The notes beneath the pieces are model-generated. The model saw only the letters and a program-made list of their open reading frames with translations, ran no database searches and was not told the DNA's origin. This document shows positions 29,169 through 39,951 of a stretch of 64,000 bases of DNA, piece after piece. Each line of letters starts with the position of its first letter. Position 1 is the first letter of the stretch. This stretch comes from a virus. Lineage: Duplodnaviria; Caudoviricetes. A program made the translations under genes and the position numbers. The stretch is from the IMG/VR virus record IMGVR_UViG_3300013426_000029, positions 1-64,000 of that record; one strand, written 5' to 3'.

Positions 29169-29933
29169 ATGGAATTAAATCTCGAACAAGTACTTGCAGG
29201 AAAAGACACTCAAATTAAAGGTAAATCATATTTTAGTACCGATGCTTATGTATCTCCTTTTATAGAGAAGATGTCTAAGTATACTGATAACTTTATTTAT
29301 AATGGTATAATGCCAGATCAAATAACTTTATCTGAAGGTAGTACAGATGTTACATGGAACCGAATGTGGATTCAAGCAGTAATGCCAGATGAAAATGGAT
29401 TTGATAATCATAGCCGTGTAGTAGGAATGGTATATGGACTTGATATTCGTAAACCGGTAGTTAAATTTTATGTAGGAGGCCTTAATATGGCATGTTGTAA
29501 TCTTTGTGTGTTTTCTCCTTCATTCTTAGATGTACAAGAACTTGAACCAGATTCAGCTATAAATTATAAACCAGTTGATAGACTTCTTGAACAGGTAGAT
29601 AACGTTAGGGTTACTCTAGAAAAATTACGTAATACTACAGTTGATTATAATGAAGTTCTTATTAATGAGAATCTTGGAGATTGGGTTCGTAAAACTTTAA
29701 ATAGTACTTATTCTAATCAATATTCTAAAGTAAAGCTTGCAACATCTACTGCGATTGATGCTTATAAACTACTTTATGAAAATGAAGATTCTCCTTATTA
29801 TGTACCTAAAGATACAAGTACTGATATGTTTAATATCTATAATGCTTGGACTCAAGTAATTACTAACGATAAGAGAGATATTATAAATAAAGCTGAAAAA
29901 ACTTTGTTAATTGGTAATATTCTAGGAATTTAA
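29169..29933 (+). CDS. DUF932-like protein
   Basis: GLNMACCNL and C-terminal FNIYNAWTQ resemble DUF932/LGT_TIGR03299 motifs. Confidence 0.6.
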   Translation: MELNLEQVLAGKDTQIKGKSYFSTDAYVSPFIEKMSKYTDNFIYNGIMPDQITLSEGSTDVTWNRMWIQAVMPDENGFDNHSRVVGMVYGLDIRKPVVKFYVGGLNMACCNLCVFSPSFLDVQELEPDSAINYKPVDRLLEQVDNVRVTLEKLRNTTVDYNEVLINENLGDWVRKTLNSTYSNQYSKVKLATSTAIDAYKLLYENEDSPYYVPKDTSTDMFNIYNAWTQVITNDKRDIINKAEKTLLIGNILGI

Positions 29934-29935
29934 AT

Positions 29936-30589
29936 ATGTGGATATTTAAAGTAATATTAATTTTATATGCTTTAATTTATATTTTACTTGGAATCATTGT
30001 TAAATATAACATAGGTAATTCTCAATATATATTAAAAGAATATATTTCTAATGATAATTATATTAGCAATAATTTACCTATTAATTGCATTAATAATGGT
30101 TTCTTTTTATTAATAATTATTTGGTTAGCATTATTTAGTTGAATATGGAACTAGCTATAATGGATTATTCAAATGGTACTTTACATATTTATCCAGTACC
30201 TAAATTAAATATGGAAGAATCTGAAATATTAGACTATATAGAAGATCTGGGATTTAAATTAAGTCAGGTAGATTGGATGCTTGCATCTCATAAAATTGAT
30301 GTATTTGATTATGGAGTTAGCGATCGTATACAACAGCGATAAGCATAAAGACTTTTATAATTCTTTAATAAATTATTTATTACAAAATAATATTAAGAAT
30401 AGTAGCTTTGATGCTAAATATACTAAAGAAAGAAAGAAAAGTTATAGAGTTAAAGGAGCATTTAGTGCTAGATTAGATCCCTTTGTAGGAATATATGAGA
30501 ATAATAATCCTATAAAAGGATTTTATTCAGAAGCTAATGAATGTACTTTAGATAATATTATAAACTATATTAAAACTAATAATATATGA
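29936..30589 (+). other. Three small CDS (29936-30142 membrane, 30139-30342, ~30311-30589)
   Basis: Coupled ORFs. Confidence 0.65.
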
Positions 30590-31095
30590 GAGTAAATGTA
30601 ATTAATAATTCTGAAAATCCACTTCCTAAATATGAATCTGAGTATGCTGCAGGTTTAGATTTACGTGCTTCTTTTAAATATATTACTCCTGAGAATCCAT
30701 TAAAGCTTTACGGAGAAGGAGAAATTGTATTTGCTGGAGAACATCACGCTAAGACTATGTTACGGCTTGAACCTGGAAGTAGAGCAATTATTCCTACTGA
30801 TATGTTTGTGTCTATCCCAAGCGGACATTTTGCAGCAATATATCCAAGAAGTGGTCTTAGTATTAAAAAAGGTTTGGGTTTATGTAACTCTGTTGGGGTT
30901 ATAGATGCAGATTATAGGGGAAATATCGGTATTCCTGTAATTAATAATGGTTTAGAAACTATTTGGATAGAAGATGGTGAACGTATTGCTCAACTTATTC
31001 TTCAACCATATATTACAGTAGATTGGAATCAAGTAACTAGTCTTGATGAAACTAAAAGAGGAGAAGGTGGTTTTAATTCAACAGGAACAAAATGA
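30586..31095 (+). CDS. dut: Trimeric dUTPase
   Basis: AAGLDL, PRSG, GVIDADYRG, ERIAQL, RGEGGFNSTG. Confidence 0.96.
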   Translation: MRVNVINNSENPLPKYESEYAAGLDLRASFKYITPENPLKLYGEGEIVFAGEHHAKTMLRLEPGSRAIIPTDMFVSIPSGHFAAIYPRSGLSIKKGLGLCNSVGVIDADYRGNIGIPVINNGLETIWIEDGERIAQLILQPYITVDWNQVTSLDETKRGEGGFNSTGTK

Positions 31096-31255
31096 CAACA
31101 CAGGCACAGAATTCAATTAATCTATATAAAGGTAATAATCCTAGTAAAATTAAAATAGGATTATCTTTACAGAAACCATCAGTAGTTAAAGAACTTATGG
31201 ATTATTTTAAAGTAGATAGCAAAGACAAATTAGCACTTAAATTATCACAATTATA

Positions 31256-32386
31256 ATGGGACTTGATATTAGTTTTAGAAAAGTAAAAAGAACTGATTTA
31301 TCTTATTTTCGTAAGGTTAATTTTTTAGTTAAATTCTTTAATGATAAATACCCAGAATTAAAAAATTGTTATCCTATAGATATAACTAAAGAAGATTTAT
31401 TTGATCTTAAAAATCGATGTGAAGAAGTATTGCACGATCATACTAAAGCAGATAAATTGCTTCCAACACAAGATGGATTTTTCTTTGGGTCTGTAGATTA
31501 TGATGATGATTATTATAAAGATGTACAAGATGTATTAAATGCTGTAGCTGATATGTTATCAATAGATTTAGCTAATAATGAAAATATAGAATTTGAAATT
31601 TGGTATTAATTGTTTTATAAACGATGTGTGATGATTAAACAAGATTTCATTAAAATAATCCAAAGTCAACTTGATTGGGATGATAAAATAACTAAATTAG
31701 AAAATATTCTTCAAACAGAATTATATATGTCAGATATGTATTCTCATCCTACGTTTTTATTTGAGTATATTATTAGGGATAAATTTACCAAAGACGGGGA
31801 AGATATTATCTATACCTATATTTATGAAGAAGGAGAACGAGATCTAGAATATTTATGGAATAAAGTAAAAGATTATAGAAAATAATGGAATTTAATAAAT
31901 TAAATTCAGTAACTGATAAACTAGGAAAATACTTTTATACTAGTAATGATGATTATATTACTGTTACTAAATGGAGTAATGGAGAAGGATATGATATAGA
32001 TTTAAATGGAAAACTTGTTCAACTTCATGAATGTGAATTAGATGCTATTAATTATTTAGTTCAAACATTACGATATGAAGAAAAGTGATTTTTGTAAAGT
32101 AGCTACAACAATATTAACAATAGAAGATTTCTTTGATAAATCTTTTAAGTTAAATATAGATTTAATATCTTCTTCGGTTTCAGACTATTATGTTATTTCA
32201 AGTATCTTATTTGAAACTAATTACGGTATTAAAGGTAAAGAATTCCTTGATTGGTGGTTTTATGAAAGAGATACAAACAAATCCACAAAAGAACAATTAT
32301 GGGATGAAAATGGAGCTCCTATAGATGTAGACTCTATTTTATCTTTATATCAATATATGGAAGATAATTATAGAAATAATTGTTAA
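31256..32386 (+). other. Four hypothetical CDS (31256-31609 with LPTQDGFFFG, ~31631-31885, 31885-32088, 32075-32386)
   Basis: Coupled standard-code ORFs. Confidence 0.7.
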
Positions 32387-32398
32387 ATTAAATAATTT

Positions 32399-32721
32399 AT
32401 AGTATATTTGACTTTGACGTAGTGCTTCTTTGCAGATCAGTTCTAGCACATAATAAACATTAGAACCGTGCGTGTATTCGCTTGTCAAAGCTAACTGCCC
32501 TAGGAATCCCGCTCTGTCTTTGGCCCTGACAACGAGTGCTGGTATAAATCGGGGCGTGCCCAGCATCACAGTGTGTATACATTGGTTAGTAGCGATGACT
32601 CCTTAGTGAAAGTCTCAGACTTTTAACGAAAATAGTACCTAAGAAGGGGAAGGAGTTCAAGTTGGCATATATCAATAGAGTAAAAATTGATATTACCAGC
32701 ATAGGGGGCCCTATATACTAT
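32399..32721 (+). ncRNA. Unassigned large structured RNA (~320 nt)
   Basis: GC-enriched region with no + strand ORF, closed by AUAGUAUAU/AUAUACUAU; stems CUUUGAC/GUCAAAG, GUUCUA/UAGAAC, GUGCUGG/CCAGCAU, ACUCCUU/AAGGAGU, UAUCAAU/AUUGAUA; G-U pairs favour the + strand. Confidence 0.7.
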
Positions 32722-32730
32722 TGTTAATTC

Positions 32731-32770
32731 AGATAAGTCCTAAGTATTTTCTTAGGACTTATCTTTTTTT
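32731..32770 (+). terminator. Intrinsic terminator after the ncRNA
   Basis: AGATAAGTCCTAAG/CTTAGGACTTATCT followed by T6. Confidence 0.88.
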
Positions 32771-32778
32771 ATCTATTT

Positions 32779-33996
32779 ATGATTGAATATTTATTAGGAA
32801 AAAGTTCTGCTGGTAAATTTAGATTTGCCGTTATTGAATGTAACGAACAATGGAGTGAACCCGATAAAGGCTATGTTATTCAACGTAGTTATGGGCAAGT
32901 AGGCGGTAAAACAACTTTATCTCCTAAGATTATTGTAGATAGAACTAAACAGAAAAGAAATTGGAAGGAACAATATACTTTACAATTTAATTCGGAATTA
33001 AAGAAATTTCTAGATAAGGGTTATATCAAAGTATCTAAGCATCCTAATGAGTATACAAATGAAGAACTTAATTCTATCTTCGGTGAAGTTAAAACTAATC
33101 AATATGGAGTAATTAAACCTATGCTAGCTAAGCAAGCCGATAAAGTTACTAATAAAAAGATATTTGATAATGTTTGGATAGCTTCAAAAAAATTAGATGG
33201 CGTAAGATGTCTTATGTACTATAAAGATGGAGAAATACTTACTGCTTCTAGAGGTGGAGAAACATATCAACCATCTACAGTACATATTCGTAATGATGAA
33301 CGGTTATTAAATTACTTTAAAAATAATCCAACTCATATTTTAGATGGGGAATTATTTAAAAGATTTAAGAGCCTTCAGCAAATTAGTGGTGCTGCTAGAT
33401 TAGAAAAGAATGCTTATGATTGTGAATGGCTTCAATACTGGATATACGATGTATATGATACTTCTAATCATGATTGGAAAGCTGAAGATAGAATAAAACA
33501 TCTTCTTAATAGTTCAATTACTTATAATATTCCATTATATGCAGATACTTCCATGGATGAAGAAGATAGTAATATATTTATATTAATGCAAGAATCTGTT
33601 TCTGGTTGGGATAATATAGATAAATTACACGATCAATTTGTAAATGAAGGATTTGAAGGTGTAGTAATTAGAAATCCAGATAAACCTTACAAACCAGGAG
33701 GTCGTACAAATGATATGATTAAAGTAAAGAAATATAAATCTGAAGATTTTAAAGTAATAGGATATAAACTAGGTCTTAGAGGTTCTGAAGATATGACTTT
33801 TACTTGTGAATTAGAAGATGGTAGAACATTTGAAGCAATGCCTTGTGGAACAAGAGAACAGAAAGTAGAATATGTTAAGAATTTTGATTCTAAATATAAA
33901 GGACATAAAGCAGAATGTACTTTCTTTAATTATTCAGATGATGGAATTCCTACTCAACCTAAATTAAGAATCTTTAGATTTGACTTAGAGAAATGA
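32779..33996 (+). CDS. ATP-dependent DNA ligase
   Basis: KLDGVR, LDGEL, EGVVIR, KVK motifs. Confidence 0.95.
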   Translation: MIEYLLGKSSAGKFRFAVIECNEQWSEPDKGYVIQRSYGQVGGKTTLSPKIIVDRTKQKRNWKEQYTLQFNSELKKFLDKGYIKVSKHPNEYTNEELNSIFGEVKTNQYGVIKPMLAKQADKVTNKKIFDNVWIASKKLDGVRCLMYYKDGEILTASRGGETYQPSTVHIRNDERLLNYFKNNPTHILDGELFKRFKSLQQISGAARLEKNAYDCEWLQYWIYDVYDTSNHDWKAEDRIKHLLNSSITYNIPLYADTSMDEEDSNIFILMQESVSGWDNIDKLHDQFVNEGFEGVVIRNPDKPYKPGGRTNDMIKVKKYKSEDFKVIGYKLGLRGSEDMTFTCELEDGRTFEAMPCGTREQKVEYVKNFDSKYKGHKAECTFFNYSDDGIPTQPKLRIFRFDLEK

Positions 33997-35882
33997 TAAT
34001 TAAAAACAATATAGTATTTGTTTATGATATAGAAATATTTCCTAATTTATTTCATTGTACTATAAAAGATACAGAATCTAAACAATTATATTTCTTTGAA
34101 ATATCTGCGAGAAAGAAACAGGCAAAAGAGCTTGTTTCTTTCTTTTTGACTAAAGGTAGATTATTTTGTGGATATAATAATATACATTATGACAATCCAA
34201 TTATTAATTTTTTAATTGATAAAAAAAATTCTTTAGATAGTATCTCTTGGTATCATATGTGTAATGTATTATTTCAATTAAGTAATTTAATTATAAATAG
34301 TGAACCAGGAAAATATAACAAATGGAGTAAGTGGAAGTATGCTAATAATTATCCTACACTTGATTTATTAACTATGTTATATTCTTCTAAACTAAGAGTT
34401 GGTTTAAAAGAAATGCAAATAACAATGAAATTTCATAATGTTCAAGAGTATGATGGAGATTTTAGTAAACCATTACCTATATCGGAAATAGATCATCTAA
34501 TACAATATAATATTAATGATGTAGAAAGTACTGAAGAATTACTATATAGATGTAAAGCAGATATAGATTTAAGATTAGGTATTGAACAAGAATACGGAGT
34601 TGATGTTCTATCTAAAGATGGAATGACAATTGGTATGGAGATTATTAAACAGAAGTATCTTGAAAGAACTGGAAAAGAATGGAAAGATATTAAAGATCTA
34701 AGAGATGCTTGTGATTTAATTCCATTAAAAGATGTTATATTTAATAATATACATTTTAAAACTAAACAATTACAAGATATTCTATCTTGGTTAAAAACAT
34801 TAACTGTAGACCCAGGTAGAAAAGGATTAGAAAAACATTTCTTATTAGATAATCTTGAAATATCTTTAGGTGTAGGTGGTGTTCACTCTGTTAATACTCC
34901 TACTATATTTAAAGAAGATGATACTTGGAGTATTAGTGATGTGGATGTTGCTTCGCTATATCCAAGTTTAATTTGTAGTTATAATCTATATCCACCACAA
35001 TTAGGAGAAGCGTTTCTTGATGTTTATTCAGGTATTAGAAAAGAAAGATTAGAAGCTAAAAAGAATGGAGATACTGTAAAGAATCTTACATTAAAGTTAA
35101 GTCTTAACGGTCTTTCTGGAAATCTTCAAAATGCATATAATTTTTGTTATTCACCACGAACTGTTATGAAAATCCGAATGAATGGTCAACTAATGCTATT
35201 AATGTTGGCTGAAAGATTACTTGGGATAGGATGTAAGCTAATTCAATTAAATACTGATGGTATATTCTTGAAATGGCCTAAAGATAAAAGAAAGGACTTT
35301 GAACAAGTAATGAAGGATTGGGAAAAAGAAACTAAATTAACTCTTGAGGAAGATCAATATGAAGCATTTTATCAATTTGCAATTAATGATTATTTAGCTA
35401 TATCAAGAGGATATTCGGAATCTAAAAACCCTAAATTACTTAAAAAGAAAGGATTATTTATAGATACAGTACATCTTGGTAAAGGTATGCAACCAATGAT
35501 AATACCTAAAGCTATAAATAATTATTTTGCTAATAATATTCCAGTTGAAGAAACAGTATACAATGATAAAGATATTAATAACTTTATTACTTATCAAAAG
35601 GTGGCTAAAAAATTTAGAATAGAATATAACGGAGAGTTAATAACTAATACAAATAGATATTATATCTCTATCAATGCTCCTTATTTATTTAAATGTGAAG
35701 TAGATACTAATGGCGCAAGAAGTAGATATATTAATATGCTTAAAGGGCATGGTGTAATTATAGTCAATAATTTAGATGAAATTAAAGAATTTCCTAAAAA
35801 TATTGATTATAAATATTATATAGCAGAAGCTAATAAGATTATACAAAAATTTAAATGTGTACAATTGAGCTTGTTTGAATGA
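33993..35882 (+). CDS. Family B DNA polymerase
   Basis: Exo YDIE and GYNN..YD; polymerase DVASLYP, KLSLNGLSG, NTDG. Confidence 0.95.
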   Translation: MIIKNNIVFVYDIEIFPNLFHCTIKDTESKQLYFFEISARKKQAKELVSFFLTKGRLFCGYNNIHYDNPIINFLIDKKNSLDSISWYHMCNVLFQLSNLIINSEPGKYNKWSKWKYANNYPTLDLLTMLYSSKLRVGLKEMQITMKFHNVQEYDGDFSKPLPISEIDHLIQYNINDVESTEELLYRCKADIDLRLGIEQEYGVDVLSKDGMTIGMEIIKQKYLERTGKEWKDIKDLRDACDLIPLKDVIFNNIHFKTKQLQDILSWLKTLTVDPGRKGLEKHFLLDNLEISLGVGGVHSVNTPTIFKEDDTWSISDVDVASLYPSLICSYNLYPPQLGEAFLDVYSGIRKERLEAKKNGDTVKNLTLKLSLNGLSGNLQNAYNFCYSPRTVMKIRMNGQLMLLMLAERLLGIGCKLIQLNTDGIFLKWPKDKRKDFEQVMKDWEKETKLTLEEDQYEAFYQFAINDYLAISRGYSESKNPKLLKKKGLFIDTVHLGKGMQPMIIPKAINNYFANNIPVEETVYNDKDINNFITYQKVAKKFRIEYNGELITNTNRYYISINAPYLFKCEVDTNGARSRYINMLKGHGVIIVNNLDEIKEFPKNIDYKYYIAEANKIIQKFKCVQLSLFE

Positions 35883-36733
35883 AGGCATATACTATTACTA
35901 AAAGTATTACTAATAGAGATAATAATGCATTACGTATTTATTTTAAAGATATAAATAAACATTCATTATTATCTAAAGAAGAAGAATTAGATATTGTTAA
36001 AAAAATAAAATCTGGAGATGAACAAGCTAAGAATAAATTAATTACTTCTAATTTAAGATTTGTTATTTCTATTGCTAAAAAGTATCAAAATAATGGTTTA
36101 GATTTAAATGATTTAATTCAAGAAGGTAGTCTTGGATTAATAAACGCAGTTAATTTCTTTGATGAATCTAAAGGATATAAATTTATATCATTTGCAGTTT
36201 GGTATATACGACAAGCAATTACTAAAGCATTAACAGATACTTGTAGAGTAGTAAGAGTTCCTTTAAATCAAATTACAAATGTAAATAAAGTTAAACGTGC
36301 TATTAATAAAGTAGAATGCCAAACAGGTAAGAAAGCTTCTATTGAAGAAATATCTAAATTAACTAATCTTTCTTCTTCTAAAATTAATAATACTGAAACC
36401 GCTATAAAAACTTCAGTATCTTTAGATACACCTATTTCTGATTCTGAAGGAGATTGTTTAATTAATATTATTCCAGATAAAGAAACGCAAGAGACAGATT
36501 ATTTAGTAGAAAAAGACGATAAAAATAAAGCAGTTGAATATATATTATCCAAATTATCTCCTAGAAAAAGAGATATAATTAGAATGTCATTTGGTATAGG
36601 AATGTATCCTATGCTAAATGATGATATTGCTAATTATTTTGGAATAGGTAGTGAAAGAGTTAGACAAATAGAAAAAGAAACAATTGCCTTTTTACAAAAG
36701 AAATATAAAAACAAACTTAAAGACTTATTATGA
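35879..36733 (+). CDS. Sigma70-family factor of the Bacteroidota primary-sigma type
   Basis: ITKSITNR N-terminus, NLRFVISIAKKYQ, DLIQEG, KFISFAVWYIRQAI, SLD, ERVRQIE. Confidence 0.93.
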   Translation: MKAYTITKSITNRDNNALRIYFKDINKHSLLSKEEELDIVKKIKSGDEQAKNKLITSNLRFVISIAKKYQNNGLDLNDLIQEGSLGLINAVNFFDESKGYKFISFAVWYIRQAITKALTDTCRVVRVPLNQITNVNKVKRAINKVECQTGKKASIEEISKLTNLSSSKINNTETAIKTSVSLDTPISDSEGDCLINIIPDKETQETDYLVEKDDKNKAVEYILSKLSPRKRDIIRMSFGIGMYPMLNDDIANYFGIGSERVRQIEKETIAFLQKKYKNKLKDLL

Positions 36734-39700
36734 ATATAACTAAACGAGACGGATCGATTGAAAAATTTGATATTAATAAAATTATTAATGCTGTAAGTAA
36801 AGCATATAAATCAGAAGGATATACTATTAATGATGATATTATAGATGAATTAAAAAATCTTACTACTACATATATTTCAGATAATATTTCAGTAGAAAAA
36901 ATACAAGATGAAGTAGAGCAAATTTTAATGGATAATGCTCCTTTTGATGTAACTAAAGCATATATTACATATAGAGAAAAACATAAACAATCAAGACTTA
37001 TTAGAGAAAGAATTGATTATATGAATAAATATAGTCAATCAAACGATAATGCTGCATCTTCTAGTGAAACTGATGGTAATTCTAATGTTACCATTAAAAA
37101 TGTAGCTAATCTTGAAGGGGAAGTATATAAAACTACTAATAGAATCATTCAAAGACAACGAATGAAAGATAAGTTAAATGAAATGTTTCCAGAAGTAGCT
37201 AAACAATATGAAGAAGATTTAAATCATCATATTATATATACGCACGATGAAGCTAGTACTCCTGTTTTAAAGAATTATTGTATGGCAGTATCTTTATATC
37301 CTTTAATAGAATATGGTACTTCTACAATGGATGGATTAAAGGCTTCTGCTCCTAAAAACTTAGATAGCTTTTGTGGCCAATTTGTTAATCTTGTATTCTT
37401 ATTAAGTTCTCAATGTAAAGGAGCTGTTGGGTTTGGAGAGTTCTTTAATTTCTTTGATTATTATTGTGCTAAAGAATGGGGGCCTAATTATCATCTTAAA
37501 GAAGATATAATTGTAGATACAGATTATGTAGTTAATCCAAAAACTATTGGTCAAAAAATAGAACAATATTTTCAACAAGTGGTCTATTCATTAAATCAAC
37601 CAGCAGGTAATAGATCATATCAATCCCCATTTACTAACTTTAATTATTTTGACAGTAATTATTGGCATAGTTTATTTGATGATTTCTGTTTTCCTGATGG
37701 TAGTAAACCTGTATGGGAAAGAGTAGATTTTCTTCAAAGAAAATTTATGAATTGGTTTAATGAGGAAAGAACTAAAACTTTACTTACATATCCTGTAGAA
37801 TCTATGTGTTTATTACATGATGGTAAAGATGTAATTGATAAATCATATAAAGATTTAGCTGCTGAAATGTGGTCTAAAGGGCATAGTTTCTTTGTGTACT
37901 TATCTGATAATCCAGATGCGGTTGCAAGTTGCTGTTTTAGCAAGGATACTAAATTTTTATGGAAATCTTCTACAAGTGGGGTTCATATTAGTACCTTTAA
38001 AGAATTTCTTGATCTTCCCTATAAACAAACGAAAGAAAATTTTAAAGTATTTCATAATGGTTCATGGATAAAAGGTAAAATAATTTCTCTTCCAAATAGA
38101 CAAATGTATAAAGTTATCACTTATAATAATAAAGAATTTATTATGAGTGATAATCATATTAATGTTACGTATGATGGAGAAAAAAGAACAAAAGATTTAA
38201 CAACAGATGATTATCTTATGTTCAATACTTCGACACTTTCACCTGTTACAGAAAATAACGAACATTTAACTTATGAACAAGGTTTGTTAATAGGGTTATT
38301 CTTAGGTGATGGAACCTTTGGAAATTATGTATGTCTTGATGGTAGTGTTCATAGTTTTCAACTCTCTCTAAATAAAGAAAAATGGGAAAAAGTACAAAAC
38401 CATTTATCAAAAATTGGAGATTTTAGATTAGGTACTATATATAATAATGTATATCCTATTCATTGTTATAATAAAGAATTAACTACATTTATAGCGAAAT
38501 GGACTGGTAATGAACCTAATAAGACTTCTGCTTTAAATAAATCTTTAAATCTAGATTGTTTTTTACAGTCAGTAGAATTTAGGAGAGGTATTCTTGATGG
38601 TTGGTATATTACAGATGGAGGTAATTCAAATAGATGCTATACTATAAGCAAACATTTGGTTGAAAGAATGGAAGCTTTATGTACTACATTAGGGTTGCAA
38701 ACTATACTTAATATATCAGATAGGACAGATGAAGCTGTAATTATTAGAGGCCAAGAATTTAACAGAAATTACCCATTATATTGTCTTAGATGGTATGTTG
38801 ATGCTAATCATAGATGCAATAAAACTAAAGATAAATCTTGGAAGAAAAAGAATAATAGTATATATTGGAAAATTAAATCCATAGAGCCAATAGAATATAA
38901 AGATAATATATATTGTGTTCAATGTGATAATCAAGATGAACCCTATTTTACATTACCTAATGGGTTAATTACTCATAACTGTAGATTGAGGAATGAAGTA
39001 GTTAATAATACTTTTAGTTCAACTACTGGACTTACGGGTGTACAAACAGGTTCAGTTAATGTAATTACTCTTAACTTAAATAGAATAGTACAAGATTGGT
39101 ATAAAGAATATAATAAATCAAAAGATAAGTTTGATTTAGATACTTTGAAACCCAGTTTTAAAGCTTATTTATTAAAGATTCTTGAAAGAGTTTATAAATA
39201 TCAAGTAGCTTATAAAACAATGTTGTTTGAACTTGAGAAACAAGGTATGCTTACTGCTTCAAAGGCTGGATATATTTCAATGAAGAAACTATTTTCTACT
39301 ATTGGTGTAAATGGTTTTAATGAAATGGCGCAGTTTATGGGGTTAAAAGTAAGTAATAATGAACAATATAAAGACTTTATTGCTTATGTATTTAACATTA
39401 TATCTACTTTTTGTAAAGAAAAATCTACAAAGGATTATCTCTTTAATCTAGAAGTAGTGCCAGCAGAAAGCTTAGGTTCAAAAAATTATAATTGGGATAA
39501 GAAAGATGGTTATATTGTGCCAAATAATGAAGTATTGTATAATTCTTATATATACGATGCACACGATCCTAATACTTCTGTTCTAGATAAGTTTGTATTA
39601 CAAGGAGGTAAAGTAGCAAAAGCATCATCTGGAGGACAAGCACTTCATTGTAATCTAGAAGACCATTTAAGCAAAGAGCAATATCTTAAACTTATAGACT

Positions 39701-39924
39701 TTGCTATACAGAAAGGTACATCATATTTCACTTTTAATATTCCAAATAGTCAATGTGATAATTGTGGTTTTATTACTAAGCACCCAATAAAAAAATGCCC
39801 TATGTGTGGTAGTAATAATATTACTCAGTGGACAAGGACAATTGGATACTTAAGACCAATTAAAGCTATGGATTATTATAGACAAATAGAAGCAAATAAC
39901 AGAGTATACAGTAAAACAATTTAA
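36730..39924 (+). CDS. nrdD: Anaerobic ribonucleoside-triphosphate reductase (class III) with intein
   Basis: N-terminal ATP cone, IYTHD, ASC|CRL, CxxC..CxxC and RTIGYL glycyl-radical motif. Confidence 0.96.
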   Translation: MNITKRDGSIEKFDINKIINAVSKAYKSEGYTINDDIIDELKNLTTTYISDNISVEKIQDEVEQILMDNAPFDVTKAYITYREKHKQSRLIRERIDYMNKYSQSNDNAASSSETDGNSNVTIKNVANLEGEVYKTTNRIIQRQRMKDKLNEMFPEVAKQYEEDLNHHIIYTHDEASTPVLKNYCMAVSLYPLIEYGTSTMDGLKASAPKNLDSFCGQFVNLVFLLSSQCKGAVGFGEFFNFFDYYCAKEWGPNYHLKEDIIVDTDYVVNPKTIGQKIEQYFQQVVYSLNQPAGNRSYQSPFTNFNYFDSNYWHSLFDDFCFPDGSKPVWERVDFLQRKFMNWFNEERTKTLLTYPVESMCLLHDGKDVIDKSYKDLAAEMWSKGHSFFVYLSDNPDAVASCCFSKDTKFLWKSSTSGVHISTFKEFLDLPYKQTKENFKVFHNGSWIKGKIISLPNRQMYKVITYNNKEFIMSDNHINVTYDGEKRTKDLTTDDYLMFNTSTLSPVTENNEHLTYEQGLLIGLFLGDGTFGNYVCLDGSVHSFQLSLNKEKWEKVQNHLSKIGDFRLGTIYNNVYPIHCYNKELTTFIAKWTGNEPNKTSALNKSLNLDCFLQSVEFRRGILDGWYITDGGNSNRCYTISKHLVERMEALCTTLGLQTILNISDRTDEAVIIRGQEFNRNYPLYCLRWYVDANHRCNKTKDKSWKKKNNSIYWKIKSIEPIEYKDNIYCVQCDNQDEPYFTLPNGLITHNCRLRNEVVNNTFSSTTGLTGVQTGSVNVITLNLNRIVQDWYKEYNKSKDKFDLDTLKPSFKAYLLKILERVYKYQVAYKTMLFELEKQGMLTASKAGYISMKKLFSTIGVNGFNEMAQFMGLKVSNNEQYKDFIAYVFNIISTFCKEKSTKDYLFNLEVVPAESLGSKNYNWDKKDGYIVPNNEVLYNSYIYDAHDPNTSVLDKFVLQGGKVAKASSGGQALHCNLEDHLSKEQYLKLIDFAIQKGTSYFTFNIPNSQCDNCGFITKHPIKKCPMCGSNNITQWTRTIGYLRPIKAMDYYRQIEANNRVYSKTI
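37933..38979 (+). mobile_element. 349-aa intein with LAGLIDADG endonuclease in NrdD
   Basis: Starts CFSKDT, ends LITHN followed by C; LIGLFLGDG and GILDGWYITDG motifs; removal restores VASCCRLRNE. Confidence 0.95.
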
Positions 39925-39930
39925 TAACTT

Positions 39931-39951
39931 AGGTCTGATATCAGACCTTTT
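39931..39951 (+). terminator. Palindromic hairpin/terminator
   Basis: AGGTCTGATATCAGACCT followed by TTT. Confidence 0.6.

Noticed and set aside
32461-32492. CACGCACGGTTC on the minus strand resembling group II intron domain V
   Set aside because: The 5' strand of domain V cannot form, and there is no RT or interrupted gene
32345-32569. 74-aa minus-strand ORF over the GC-rich region
   Set aside because: Antisense to the whole arm, atypical composition, and better explained by RNA helices
32604-32623. AGUGAAAGUCUC resembling RNase P CR-I
   Set aside because: It pairs locally with GACUUU; no CR-V (ACAnAA..GCUUA) or other RNase P motifs seen
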